Of a stretch of 64,000 nucleotides of DNA, positions 46,175 through 54,931 are shown one piece after another. The notes under the pieces were generated by a model that saw nothing but the letters and a program-made list of their open reading frames with translations, was not told the DNA's origin and ran no database searches. The DNA comes from a virus: IMG/VR virus record IMGVR_UViG_3300032242_003148, positions 101,607-165,606 of that record; one strand, written 5' to 3'. How positions within the stretch are numbered: position 1 is the stretch's first letter; every line of letters starts with the position of its first letter. Made by a program: the position numbers and the translations under genes.

Positions 46175-47311
46175 TTAATTAACTACTAATTCTTCACCTT
46201 TGTGGTCTCTAAACTTAATGCAGGTAAGGAACTTTGGAATACCATCAGGAGTTAACCTTTGGTATTTCACCGTTGCCATCATGCCTATCAGTGCAGGGGC
46301 CATATTATACAGCCTACGAGTATATTCAACTGAGCCTTTCACGCTACAGTCAAACTCCTGAGCTCTGTCATTACGGCAGCGAATGATTATACAACCTTGG
46401 CGATTACCTTTACCCTCCCTAAATCCAACAATAGGAAACTCCTCATCAACAAACTCCTTACGCTTTAGTAAATAGTTTGTACGTTTGTGCTGATATGTTG
46501 CGTCTGGATCTCTAACCATTTGACCCTCATATCCATTAGATAGATATATGTCATATAGTTCATCCAGTTGATGCATATCGATAGCCATGAGCGTTTCCAC
46601 CCGCTGAATCCACATGTCCTCTATCTCTAATAGATATTGTAGCAAGTTCCTAGAACGATCCGCGAAAGATATTTGATTCTTATCCACATAGTCGTAGATA
46701 TGATATTCAATCTTATCTTTGGCTCTATCTATATCCTCTCTTGTGGCTTTGGGTTGTTTCACTAAGCTCACAATCTCGTTAAAATCATCTTTGAGGAGAT
46801 GGTTATACACCTCCCCATCAAATGCAATAATGTTTGGATATTTACGGAACAGGGATTCTAGTGACTGCTGAATATGTCCTAGGGTAGCAAATAGTTTCCA
46901 GTTGCGACTATAGGCACCTTCGCGTGTTACAATACATCTCAGACCATCAAACTTAGGTTGGCTGTACACAGGCCAATTTAAGCTATCCTGATAGTCTTTG
47001 AAGTCTTTGGCCAGCGTGGGTTTAACGATGTCTGCTACCACAGAGTCAACTTCATTTTTTGCTTCTGCATAGCCTGATTCACGCTTTTTATCCCATTTGG
47101 CCTTAGCTTCTAATTTACACTGTTCTTCAGGAGAAGATTCATTACTTTTCCCCAAGTTCTTTGCAATGCATTGAACAGGGTCATTAGTAACCATCTTTCC
47201 TCCATCCTTACCGCTCACAGTCCAGTACTTGGAACCATCTATATGTATAGTCCAGCTTTGAACTGCTCCTGTTACTGTGCGTTTGTATAGTGTGGGTAAT
47301 TGTTTGCTCAT
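46175..47311 (-). CDS. lig: ATP-dependent DNA ligase
   Basis: QPKFDGLRC, FDGEVY, YEGQMVR, LLKRK, OB-fold GIPKF. Confidence 0.92.
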   Translation of the reverse strand: MSKQLPTLYKRTVTGAVQSWTIHIDGSKYWTVSGKDGGKMVTNDPVQCIAKNLGKSNESSPEEQCKLEAKAKWDKKRESGYAEAKNEVDSVVADIVKPTLAKDFKDYQDSLNWPVYSQPKFDGLRCIVTREGAYSRNWKLFATLGHIQQSLESLFRKYPNIIAFDGEVYNHLLKDDFNEIVSLVKQPKATREDIDRAKDKIEYHIYDYVDKNQISFADRSRNLLQYLLEIEDMWIQRVETLMAIDMHQLDELYDIYLSNGYEGQMVRDPDATYQHKRTNYLLKRKEFVDEEFPIVGFREGKGNRQGCIIIRCRNDRAQEFDCSVKGSVEYTRRLYNMAPALIGMMATVKYQRLTPDGIPKFLTCIKFRDHKGEELVVN

Positions 47312-47323
47312 TTATTTTTTTAT

Positions 47324-47758
47324 TTATCTGTTATTCACAAATATTCTTTCGAATTTATGTGCCTCAGTATTGTGTGTATGCCGGCCGTCATCTACTAACA
47401 TACAGCTAATGCCAGCAGCTGAAGCCTCCTCAACAACTGATAACAAATCATCAATGTGCAGAGTTGTATCCAGCTCTTTTAGTATGTTTAATTTACTGCC
47501 CCCATCAGAACATCTGATGTGTGTTACAGGGAGCTTATGGTCTTTTATATATTCCTCTACCTGAGGAAAATTCCACAGCTCTCTGGCAGTTACTACACCA
47601 ATATCATATCCCTCTGAATGCTTTTGAAATAGTATGTCGTGGATTTGTTGTATTGGGGCCAGTACATCTGAAGCTGTCCATAGTGATCCTACCTTTTCTT
47701 CGGCTAGTGAAAAAAGGGTATCATCAAAATCAAAAGTTATTATCTCATTCTTCTTCAT
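47324..47758 (-). CDS. HAD-superfamily phosphatase-like protein
   Basis: FDFDDTL, VVTAR, K, HIDD; start ATG 47758. Confidence 0.75.
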   Translation of the reverse strand: MKKNEIITFDFDDTLFSLAEEKVGSLWTASDVLAPIQQIHDILFQKHSEGYDIGVVTARELWNFPQVEEYIKDHKLPVTHIRCSDGGSKLNILKELDTTLHIDDLLSVVEEASAAGISCMLVDDGRHTHNTEAHKFERIFVNNR

Positions 47759-47939
47759 CCGGCACTTCAGTGAAGTCAGCTTCTGTCCATCCAGCATCTC
47801 TAGCACTCTGGATTGCTTCTGCTCTAGGAGATAGTGAATTCCTATCGTAGGTACCCGCTAGATCCTTGTACATTTCTAGCCTGGCAGCTTCTCTGGCTTC
47901 TCTGAGAAACTCCCGGTCTTCTGGGCTTAGGTTACTCAT
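47745..47939 (-). CDS. Hypothetical protein
   Basis: 64 aa, coupled. Confidence 0.55.
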   Translation of the reverse strand: MSNLSPEDREFLREAREAARLEMYKDLAGTYDRNSLSPRAEAIQSARDAGWTEADFTEVPDEEE

Positions 47940-48172
47940 ACAAGTTCAGAATCCTGTAGCCCCACAGCGCAACTCATGGGTACCAAAGCCTCATACGGAG
48001 CCTCTTTGTGCCCTCTGTACTTGTTTGCCTCACGAACTATATCTTTTCCCTCTTCCCAGGAATATAAGCCGGCATTTCTAATGTCCGTTACATACCCCAT
48101 TCTGTTGTCACCCCACCAACCTTGATGTTCATGACTCCAAATATAATAGAATTCGTCTTCTGGATTACTCAT
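47936..48172 (-). CDS. Hypothetical phage protein
   Basis: IWSHEH..WW...GY.....AG.YS. Confidence 0.6.
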   Translation of the reverse strand: MSNPEDEFYYIWSHEHQGWWGDNRMGYVTDIRNAGLYSWEEGKDIVREANKYRGHKEAPYEALVPMSCAVGLQDSELV

Positions 48173-48416
48173 CTGTTTGTGTGTTTATGTGTTTGTGTTT
48201 AAACTCCTCGTACCAACTAGGTACTGTATGATAGGAGGGAAGGTCAGGAATTACTCTATCAAGCATTTCCATAAGTTCTCCCTTTTGCGATCTTTCATCA
48301 CTTAACTCTCTGGCTACTTGAGATAGCAGGGAGTTATTAACTTCTAATGCTTTCCGCAGCTCCTGGATTGTTTGATCCCTGAGCTTCAACATCTCTACTA
48401 ATGTGTTCTCTTCCAT
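48165..48416 (-). CDS. Coiled-coil hypothetical protein
   Basis: 83 aa. Confidence 0.55.
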   Translation of the reverse strand: MEENTLVEMLKLRDQTIQELRKALEVNNSLLSQVARELSDERSQKGELMEMLDRVIPDLPSYHTVPSWYEEFKHKHINTQTDE

Positions 48417-48570
48417 CTTGCTCTTGTTTTATCTTTTGTACGCGTAATGCCGTTTGGCGGACTCTTTCGCGGGTTGTTTTGAATAGCTCTGCAATTTCCT
48501 TTAGAGGTATTCCGGCCACATAGAAAGCGTATATAGAATAATCTCTAGAGGTTATTTTTTTAGCTGTCAT
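48337..48570 (-). CDS. Stand-alone sigma70 region-4-like HTH protein
   Basis: GIPLKEIAELFKTTRERVRQ; start ATG 48570. Confidence 0.65.
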   Translation of the reverse strand: MTAKKITSRDYSIYAFYVAGIPLKEIAELFKTTRERVRQTALRVQKIKQEQDGREHISRDVEAQGSNNPGAAESIRS

Positions 48571-48800
48571 GGGTTTATCTTTTGTATCTTTGCAAAGCCA
48601 CCATACCATTCCTCAGGACTCATACTCATTTGAGTGATGATATCTTCTTTTTCTTTTTTCAGTACTTCTATATAGCTAAGAGCAAAGTTAAGCTCTGTCT
48701 CTAACTGCCTAGAGATCTCCAGGCTTACACCTAGGTGAGTATTTCCTAGGTGATCCTGAATTTCCCATATATTTTTATCACTTCTGGGTGTGCTGGTCAT
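48567..48800 (-). CDS. Hypothetical phage protein
   Basis: MTSTPRSD...SRQLETELN. Confidence 0.55.
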   Translation of the reverse strand: MTSTPRSDKNIWEIQDHLGNTHLGVSLEISRQLETELNFALSYIEVLKKEKEDIITQMSMSPEEWYGGFAKIQKINP

Positions 48801-48810
48801 ATGTTTTTTA

Positions 48811-49668
48811 TTACCAATAGCAGCCATCTTCTAATTTTTTGTAGTTTTTTGGAATTTCATCACCGGATGGTCTTACCCAATAGTCATTATAGAAACGGTT
48901 TATATGAGGTTTTTTATCCCACCTATATCCACGTATTCCAAAGAGTATTTGTAAAGACCCTCCCAAATGTATTCCTATTTTACCTAAGCTTTTACAATGC
49001 ACAGCAAGGGGCAGAGAAGAACCTCCCGTGCCTATTAATGCAACGTCAAAACTAGTAGCGCTTATCATTCGTTTCATATCTTCCAACATTTCAGCCCAGC
49101 TATCATATGGGCTATCCTGAGATATCCCTGCAGATAGTGGATGTTTTATTGTTTTTAGATTGAAGTTAGGAAGCATGTTATAGCCCCTCCATATATTTTC
49201 ACGCTGAGCATACTGTTGTTCTATAGTGTTAATAAAAGGAGAAACTACTAGCACTGTTTTATTTTGCAATCCCATTGTCCAAGGCTCGGCAGTATAGAAA
49301 GGATCCAGCTCTTTAACGGATATTAATCTACACGCCGGTGAATAGCTACGTATGAATGCATGTTCTAAGCTAGGTGTTGGTGACCATACTGGAAGAGCAT
49401 TCATCACTTTTACACTATCAATAAGAGTATGCACAAAGTTTAATCTGGCATTATCATCTTCAGGGAATACTCCACAGTTAGCATATAACTTTTTTTTAGA
49501 CCCTTCTGACCATTGTATATTTTTTAATCCACTATCACCAAAGCAAAACAAGTATTCACGTACTGCTCTGAACTCGGCAATTCCTATTTTACCAGCAGCA
49601 AAAGGTAAATTACCGATTACATTCTGGAACAAATATTGATTAGTACCCTCGGGCTCAATCATTTCCAC
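48811..49668 (-). CDS. Putative glycosyltransferase-associated (GT-D-like) protein
   Basis: FDVALIGTGGSSLPL...IHLGGSLQILFGIRG.RWD, EDGCYW end. Confidence 0.55.
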   Translation of the reverse strand: MEMIEPEGTNQYLFQNVIGNLPFAAGKIGIAEFRAVREYLFCFGDSGLKNIQWSEGSKKKLYANCGVFPEDDNARLNFVHTLIDSVKVMNALPVWSPTPSLEHAFIRSYSPACRLISVKELDPFYTAEPWTMGLQNKTVLVVSPFINTIEQQYAQRENIWRGYNMLPNFNLKTIKHPLSAGISQDSPYDSWAEMLEDMKRMISATSFDVALIGTGGSSLPLAVHCKSLGKIGIHLGGSLQILFGIRGYRWDKKPHINRFYNDYWVRPSGDEIPKNYKKLEDGCYW

Positions 49669-49855
49669 TAGTGGTTACTCTAGGAGTAGTCCAACGAAAC
49701 TCTGGGCCTGAGCCATATTTACCACAAACAAATTTACCAACGCCATGGTCTACTGCCTCATGTTGGATATGTAAAATATAGAATACCCATGCCACTGACA
49801 CCACAGCAGCTCCCATTAGTGCTCCTGCGAATAAAGCTAATATATCATCTCTCAT
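49655..49855 (-). CDS. Small membrane protein
   Basis: N-terminal TM. Confidence 0.55.
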   Translation of the reverse strand: MRDDILALFAGALMGAAVVSVAWVFYILHIQHEAVDHGVGKFVCGKYGSGPEFRWTTPRVTTSGND

Positions 49856-49943
49856 CTTTTTTTTTGTGTGTTAATTGTTAATACCTACCATATGTCCTAT
49901 ACTCGTCTGAGTATATTCCACAACCTAACCCAGCAGTGCCGAG

Positions 49944-50555
49944 CTAGGAATTTTTATATACCTCGTCATAAACATCCAATAGTGGATGCTTAGGATCTAC
50001 ATAGTTAGCTAGCCTTAAAAACTTACCAGGCATAACTCCCCAGATTTCTGCCCGCTTGTATGGGTGTTTATACCAGCGTCTGTTTCGCATGGCAGCACCG
50101 TAAGCAAATAAATAACTATTTGCTCCACGTATATAGCGTTCTTTGTTTATAGGGAGTTTATACTTATTAATTTTTTTGATTGCTCTCTTCTCACAATCAA
50201 GCTCCAGCTCCACCACCTTTTCAAAAGCCTCTGCTTTTTTCCAGATCTTGTAATCTGGGTCTGTTACCCAGCTATCAACCCTAATCAGGTGAGGATCTAT
50301 ATCTCTCCATATCTGGATATTCTGGAGATACTGGTCCATATGACAACTCTCATGAACCAGCACACCAAGCCAGATTTCTAAATCATGATCAGTGGAAACC
50401 TGCAGGCTTTTTTCATCAAACATACCGCTACATTTGATTTTGCCTATGTGTAATTGCTGACTATGCACAAGTTTTAGTGTTATCTTGTTTTCATAGCAAG
50501 CCTCTACCAAGTCACCCAAGAAATTTTTTACATTGTTGGTTACCTTGGTTTGCAT
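49944..50555 (-). CDS. HExxH metallopeptidase-like protein
   Basis: LVHESCHMDQ...ELDCE. Confidence 0.65.
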   Translation of the reverse strand: MQTKVTNNVKNFLGDLVEACYENKITLKLVHSQQLHIGKIKCSGMFDEKSLQVSTDHDLEIWLGVLVHESCHMDQYLQNIQIWRDIDPHLIRVDSWVTDPDYKIWKKAEAFEKVVELELDCEKRAIKKINKYKLPINKERYIRGANSYLFAYGAAMRNRRWYKHPYKRAEIWGVMPGKFLRLANYVDPKHPLLDVYDEVYKNS

Positions 50556-50562
50556 TGTGAAT

Positions 50563-50664
50563 TTAGCGGCTTTTTACAGTTTTTGTAAGAGTAACTGTTT
50601 TTCTGAGTGTTACATTCCCTTTGGTTGCTGTGCGAACTTTACGTATTGATTTGGTCTTTTTCAT
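50563..50664 (-). CDS. Very basic 33-aa peptide
   Basis: MKKTKSIRKVRTATKGNVTLRKTVTLTKTVKSR; behind TTGCAA-17-TATATT promoter. Confidence 0.45.
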   Translation of the reverse strand: MKKTKSIRKVRTATKGNVTLRKTVTLTKTVKSR

Positions 50665-50816
50665 GTGTTTTATTTTGGTTACCAAACTATTTCAATATAG
50701 AGAACCTTTTCCTCTTTTGCAAGTAGTCTGTATTTTTCCTTTACCTCTGAAGGATTCCTGACGACCCACGCCGTCAGGAATTTTCTTCATATGTGTTTCT
50801 ACCATACCACCCATAA

Positions 50817-51137
50817 TTACTCCTCTAGGGCCTCTATTCCCTTTTGAGATAGTTTATAGGCTCTTATGTTAGAAACAAATCCCGACTCTACAGGAATACG
50901 TGGAGTTGCCTCTACCAGCCCTAGCTGTTTAATTGCTTGAGCTACCGGTTCGTTCTCGCTCCACTCTTTCATATAGAACTCACCATCTTGGAGCAAATCG
51001 CTCTGAGGTAAGTTTACTGATAGTGTGGCATATGGCCGGCCCTCGCTAATCAGGCCTACATATGTATTACCATTAGAGTATTTCCCCTGGGTAAGTTAAA
51101 ACTCGCCCTCTTCTCCATATATCTTAGCTTTAAACAT
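50817..51137 (-). pseudogene. DUF4313-like gene interrupted by one in-frame TAA
   Basis: AGGAGG + MFKAKIYGEEGEF*LTQGKYSNG...PYATLSVNLP...KEWSEN...SGFV; TAA at 51096-51098. Confidence 0.65.
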
Positions 51138-51315
51138 CTTCATCCTCCTTGTGTGTTGTGGTATCATTCAACCAGATAATCTCTTCCTCTGGAACGAGTT
51201 GGTTTACTTTTTCTTTTAGCTCTTTGGTGTCTTTTAACACAGACACCAACATCTTTTGGATGTCATCTATTTTTTCAATTTCTGACATCTCAACTACCGT
51301 CTTTTTTGTTTTCAC
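51130..51315 (-). CDS. Hypothetical protein
   Basis: Short ORF; start uncertain. Confidence 0.5.
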   Translation of the reverse strand: MKTKKTVVEMSEIEKIDDIQKMLVSVLKDTKELKEKVNQLVPEEEIIWLNDTTTHKEDEDV

Positions 51316-51490
51316 TTTCTTTTAACAGAGAGCGTATAAGACTTATTTGTCCGTTTGCTCTCTGTAGTTCCTCTTGTAGTTCCAAGATCTTATCTCGGGC
51401 TTCTCTATAACCGTCTATTGCCTGAATATAAAGATCTAATGGAACGGTTGTTGTGTTTTCCTCTACGTTTTCGTATGTTCTGAGGTGCAT
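51290..51490 (-). CDS. Coiled-coil hypothetical protein
   Basis: 66 aa behind GGTATAAT promoter. Confidence 0.55.
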   Translation of the reverse strand: MHLRTYENVEENTTTVPLDLYIQAIDGYREARDKILELQEELQRANGQISLIRSLLKESENKKDGS

Positions 51491-51588
51491 TATTTTTAGT
51501 TCATATATTTAAGTTACAAATTGCAATAGACCACAATGGTTTATTGCAAGGTATTATACCCTAAAAAAAGAAAAAACCCTTCGGGGGG

Positions 51589-52128
51589 TTATATTAGAGA
51601 TTGCCACTTACCTATAGGACAAGAAGATATAGCTAACTTTAATTTTAACCCAGAACATCCACATTTTAGACATCTACCTGCGCCATTAAATGCAGCTTTA
51701 TCAAAAAATTCACATCCTCCACATATAGCCAACCTCTCTTGATACTCTTTGTCAGGGCAGTCTTTGAACCCGCTCTTTGCATATTCTAATGCGGCGGTAG
51801 CAAGGCTCTTTAGCTGTTCACTCACTGGGGGCGGGGATATTTTATTAATTTCCATAGCCGCAATTTCAGCAGCATCAGGCACAGAGATATCTAAATTTAT
51901 TTTACCGTCCTTTAGGCCACCCTCTTTGTGCCTCAGTATATCTAGCAATTCAGATGGTGGATTTTCAGATATATAGGATATTATCTTAACCAGTGCATCC
52001 GCATTAAAAAATTTATTATCTAATTTTGTGATTGTTTCATACTGTGTGATATAGCTCCTTATAAGAGGATATTGTTTAAATACCGCTGAGTTATTTTTAA
52101 ATATATCGTAAAGATCTTTGGTTGTCAT
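51589..52128 (-). CDS. Protein with C-terminal Cys-rich (DUF6171-like) domain
   Basis: ERLAICGGC...RCLKCGC...CPIGKW. Confidence 0.7.
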   Translation of the reverse strand: MTTKDLYDIFKNNSAVFKQYPLIRSYITQYETITKLDNKFFNADALVKIISYISENPPSELLDILRHKEGGLKDGKINLDISVPDAAEIAAMEINKISPPPVSEQLKSLATAALEYAKSGFKDCPDKEYQERLAICGGCEFFDKAAFNGAGRCLKCGCSGLKLKLAISSCPIGKWQSLI

Positions 52129-52871
52129 TTTTTGAACAGTTTATGAAATGGGCATTTAGATGCATTTGATTGTTTAGGAGTATTTAAATTTACTCGCTTT
52201 ATATTGTCAACAAATTCTTCTCCTGTGAATCCACTTATATAAGACTTCAGATGCATTTTGGATCTAAAGTTAAACTTATCAGCAAAAACATATCGCATAG
52301 CTCGTTTAGCAAAAGATTCACTATAACTCATCTCTCTATAGATAGGTTGAAATTCCTCTATATAGTTTTTAGGATATGGAACTATTCTACAGTAGCTTTT
52401 ACCCTTTTCTAGAATAATATCTACATCAGGGGAAGTAATCCTATAATTCATTGTGATATGTGCAGCAAACCAGTCATTCTCTACCAACCCTTCCATTGGA
52501 TATAGGTCTAAAGATAGCGGATTATTTGTGGGTCCTTTAAACCATAAGAAGTTATCTTTTTCTATTTCAAACGTATAGGGTATTCTGATGGTTAGAATAC
52601 CGTAGCCCAAGCTAGACGTTACAAAATCATAATATTCTTTATTATTCGGTTTTAAAATATTTATGCTGCTTTTATTGTTTCCACCATCCCATCTAACCGT
52701 AAAGGTCTCTGGCATTATTAAATCCCAACCCATACTTCCGGCTATTTTGATAGGTAAACATTTTCTATGAGCAGTTTCGCCTGAACCTAAAAAATTAAAA
52801 TCTGCAACTCCAGGATTTATACCTTTTACATGCTCTCTACCGTCATCGTAGTATATATCTAATTTTTTCAT
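52125..52871 (-). CDS. DUF6065-like protein
   Basis: CLP...GWD...WDGG...G.GILT...GP.N...EGLVE.DW...TMN. Confidence 0.7.
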   Translation of the reverse strand: MKKLDIYYDDGREHVKGINPGVADFNFLGSGETAHRKCLPIKIAGSMGWDLIMPETFTVRWDGGNNKSSINILKPNNKEYYDFVTSSLGYGILTIRIPYTFEIEKDNFLWFKGPTNNPLSLDLYPMEGLVENDWFAAHITMNYRITSPDVDIILEKGKSYCRIVPYPKNYIEEFQPIYREMSYSESFAKRAMRYVFADKFNFRSKMHLKSYISGFTGEEFVDNIKRVNLNTPKQSNASKCPFHKLFKK

Positions 52872-53605
52872 TGTTTAACTACTCTATTCTCAGCCTTTAA
52901 AGCTTTTAATAAATCATCTCCTAGTAGATCCGTATAAGTGTAATGATTCTCGAGCTGTTTACTAACTGGAAAATTTAATGTAGACACCATCACACCCATA
53001 GGCATATTTAATATTCCTGCTCCTCTAAAGCCGTCTACAAGATAATTTAAATATGGGTATCTATGCCCTGTTAATATTTTTCCCTGCTCCACCTTTGCTT
53101 TTTGTGCTGGAAATTTAATTTCTAAATCTTTAAATAATTCTTCTAATTTTGGTGATAGCATAAAATCAGTCCATACATTTCCAAATTCAGAAATATCTAA
53201 AGTGTAAAAATTAGGAGATTTATTGAAAAAGTTAGAGACATCATTATAATATTTGGTTATTTTTTTGTTTATGTCTGGGAGCACACCAGATTCAAATGTA
53301 ACACCCCAATGCTTTTGAAAATCTTCTTCTATGGCTTCGCTATATATATTATTAAAATAGCTATACATTAAATGATCTTCTATTGTTGTTGTATTCTCCT
53401 TAAGCAAAATAAAAGTTGCATCAGGATAGAGGGCTAGCAACTCTTTATAAAAAAAAGATACCGTATACCCAGCGCATAGAGGAGCTATTTTTATTAAATC
53501 CATATCATAAGGAGCGTGAGCAGCACACAACCCTTGAGTACCCAGCAGCCTAGCAATATTCAAACTATTAAAACTAAGATAGTTTAATACAAAATATTTT
53601 TTCAT
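52868..53605 (-). CDS. Divergent sulfotransferase-like protein
   Basis: YKELLALYPDATFIL resembles the sulfotransferase yP.AkfIL motif; PAPS-binding loop not clear. Confidence 0.45.
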   Translation of the reverse strand: MKKYFVLNYLSFNSLNIARLLGTQGLCAAHAPYDMDLIKIAPLCAGYTVSFFYKELLALYPDATFILLKENTTTIEDHLMYSYFNNIYSEAIEEDFQKHWGVTFESGVLPDINKKITKYYNDVSNFFNKSPNFYTLDISEFGNVWTDFMLSPKLEELFKDLEIKFPAQKAKVEQGKILTGHRYPYLNYLVDGFRGAGILNMPMGVMVSTLNFPVSKQLENHYTYTDLLGDDLLKALKAENRVVKQ

Positions 53606-53611
53606 AATTTA

Positions 53612-54628
53612 TTATGAGCAGCTATCACATCCAGGGCAGCCACCGCCACTACCTGTTTGAGATCCTAGACTTAGCGTTATAGCTATGCTCCCAGACTGCC
53701 ACAAATCGTGTTCACCGCAGTGTTGATCACAGCACGGACTCGAATCGGGATTATCAGGATTTTTGCAGTTTGTACTGCAATCTGGGCTAGAGTTATCATC
53801 AAGTCCACAATGCTTGATTGGGCGAGCAAATGTACAGTCCCCGCAAGGGTGAGGCTTAAAATTTCTCCAATACCAGGTAGAATTATACTGCCAACTATTA
53901 CCAGAAATATCAAAATACCAAGTTCCTTTACCCGGCACTTGATCCGCTGCACGCTCGGCTATATTGTCACCTCCATTACCAAAACAATCAAATCCTGTAG
54001 TATTACAACCATATTCAGTTCCAGGATAAACTGGAACATCAAAACAAGGTTCACTAATTAATGATGGAGAAGTAACAGAACCCTTGCCTCCCATACATTC
54101 AGAGTCAAACCACACAGAAGGAGTATCCCAATATATTACTGGAGAAATATTTTTGTTTGTTTTATACCCATCATCTATATACCATCTATTCATCTGCACT
54201 TTAAGACCTATTTTATCTTTTGCATTTCTTGCTGTATAAAAACCATTTGGCCCGCCGTTACATTGATCACCAGCAGCACAAGGACTATAATTATAGTTTC
54301 CAGATATAAAACAATTAGCTGCTTGAAACGTCCGGTAACCACCTGCAGAGCCACCCACGACGGAGCATGGGTTACTTGGTGCCGGGGCGGATAGTGATCC
54401 TCCTCCACCCCAAGTAAACTGGTAAACACCTCTTTGCGTTGCGTTATATATGAACATGTCCACTTTTGCTGTTATCGATGTATAAGAACCCATCCAGTTC
54501 GATATATTAGGCCAATATGCTCGTACCTGCCGATATGTACCACAGTCTGACGTGATAGGTGGACCGGATTGCTGATATGGCCCATTAATACTAGTTGGAG
54601 GACTACTCGGTGTGCATAATTTAATCAT
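53612..54628 (-). CDS. Cys/Gly-rich protein, possible appendage or modification substrate
   Basis: Start MIKLCTP (ATG 54628); >20 Cys; ends CPGCDSCS. Confidence 0.6.
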   Translation of the reverse strand: MIKLCTPSSPPTSINGPYQQSGPPITSDCGTYRQVRAYWPNISNWMGSYTSITAKVDMFIYNATQRGVYQFTWGGGGSLSAPAPSNPCSVVGGSAGGYRTFQAANCFISGNYNYSPCAAGDQCNGGPNGFYTARNAKDKIGLKVQMNRWYIDDGYKTNKNISPVIYWDTPSVWFDSECMGGKGSVTSPSLISEPCFDVPVYPGTEYGCNTTGFDCFGNGGDNIAERAADQVPGKGTWYFDISGNSWQYNSTWYWRNFKPHPCGDCTFARPIKHCGLDDNSSPDCSTNCKNPDNPDSSPCCDQHCGEHDLWQSGSIAITLSLGSQTGSGGGCPGCDSCS

Positions 54629-54676
54629 AATTTTTAAAAGCTGATATAAATATATCAACAAGAATAATGTATGCAA

Positions 54677-54847
54677 CTAGTTTTTATGCCATAGCTTTAT
54701 TAGCTGGTCCAATATATCCCCTAAACTAGTATTACCGTAATAGGATGTTTCTGTTAAAAAAGGAACAGATATATCCACACCATAGATATAAATAAACATT
54801 CCCCATGTTAGTAGGAAGATCCAGAAGAGAATTTCCGGAAGTTTCAT
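54677..54847 (-). CDS. Small membrane protein (56 aa), leaderless
   Basis: MKLPEILFWIFLLTWGMF...; TATAAT 6 nt before ATG. Confidence 0.5.
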   Translation of the reverse strand: MKLPEILFWIFLLTWGMFIYIYGVDISVPFLTETSYYGNTSLGDILDQLIKLWHKN

Positions 54848-54880
54848 GATGTTATTATATATTATTTTTAAAAGCTCTAA

Positions 54881-54926
54881 TAGCTAAAAAAAAGAGAGCA
54901 GCTTGTTAGGCCACTCTCTTCTTTTT
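54881..54926 (-). terminator. Stereotyped terminator (CTAACAA loop, T-run-AGCTA)
   Basis: AGAGAGTGGC-CTAACAA-GCTGCTCTCT then T-run-AGCTA. Confidence 0.8.
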
Positions 54927-54931
54927 GTTAA

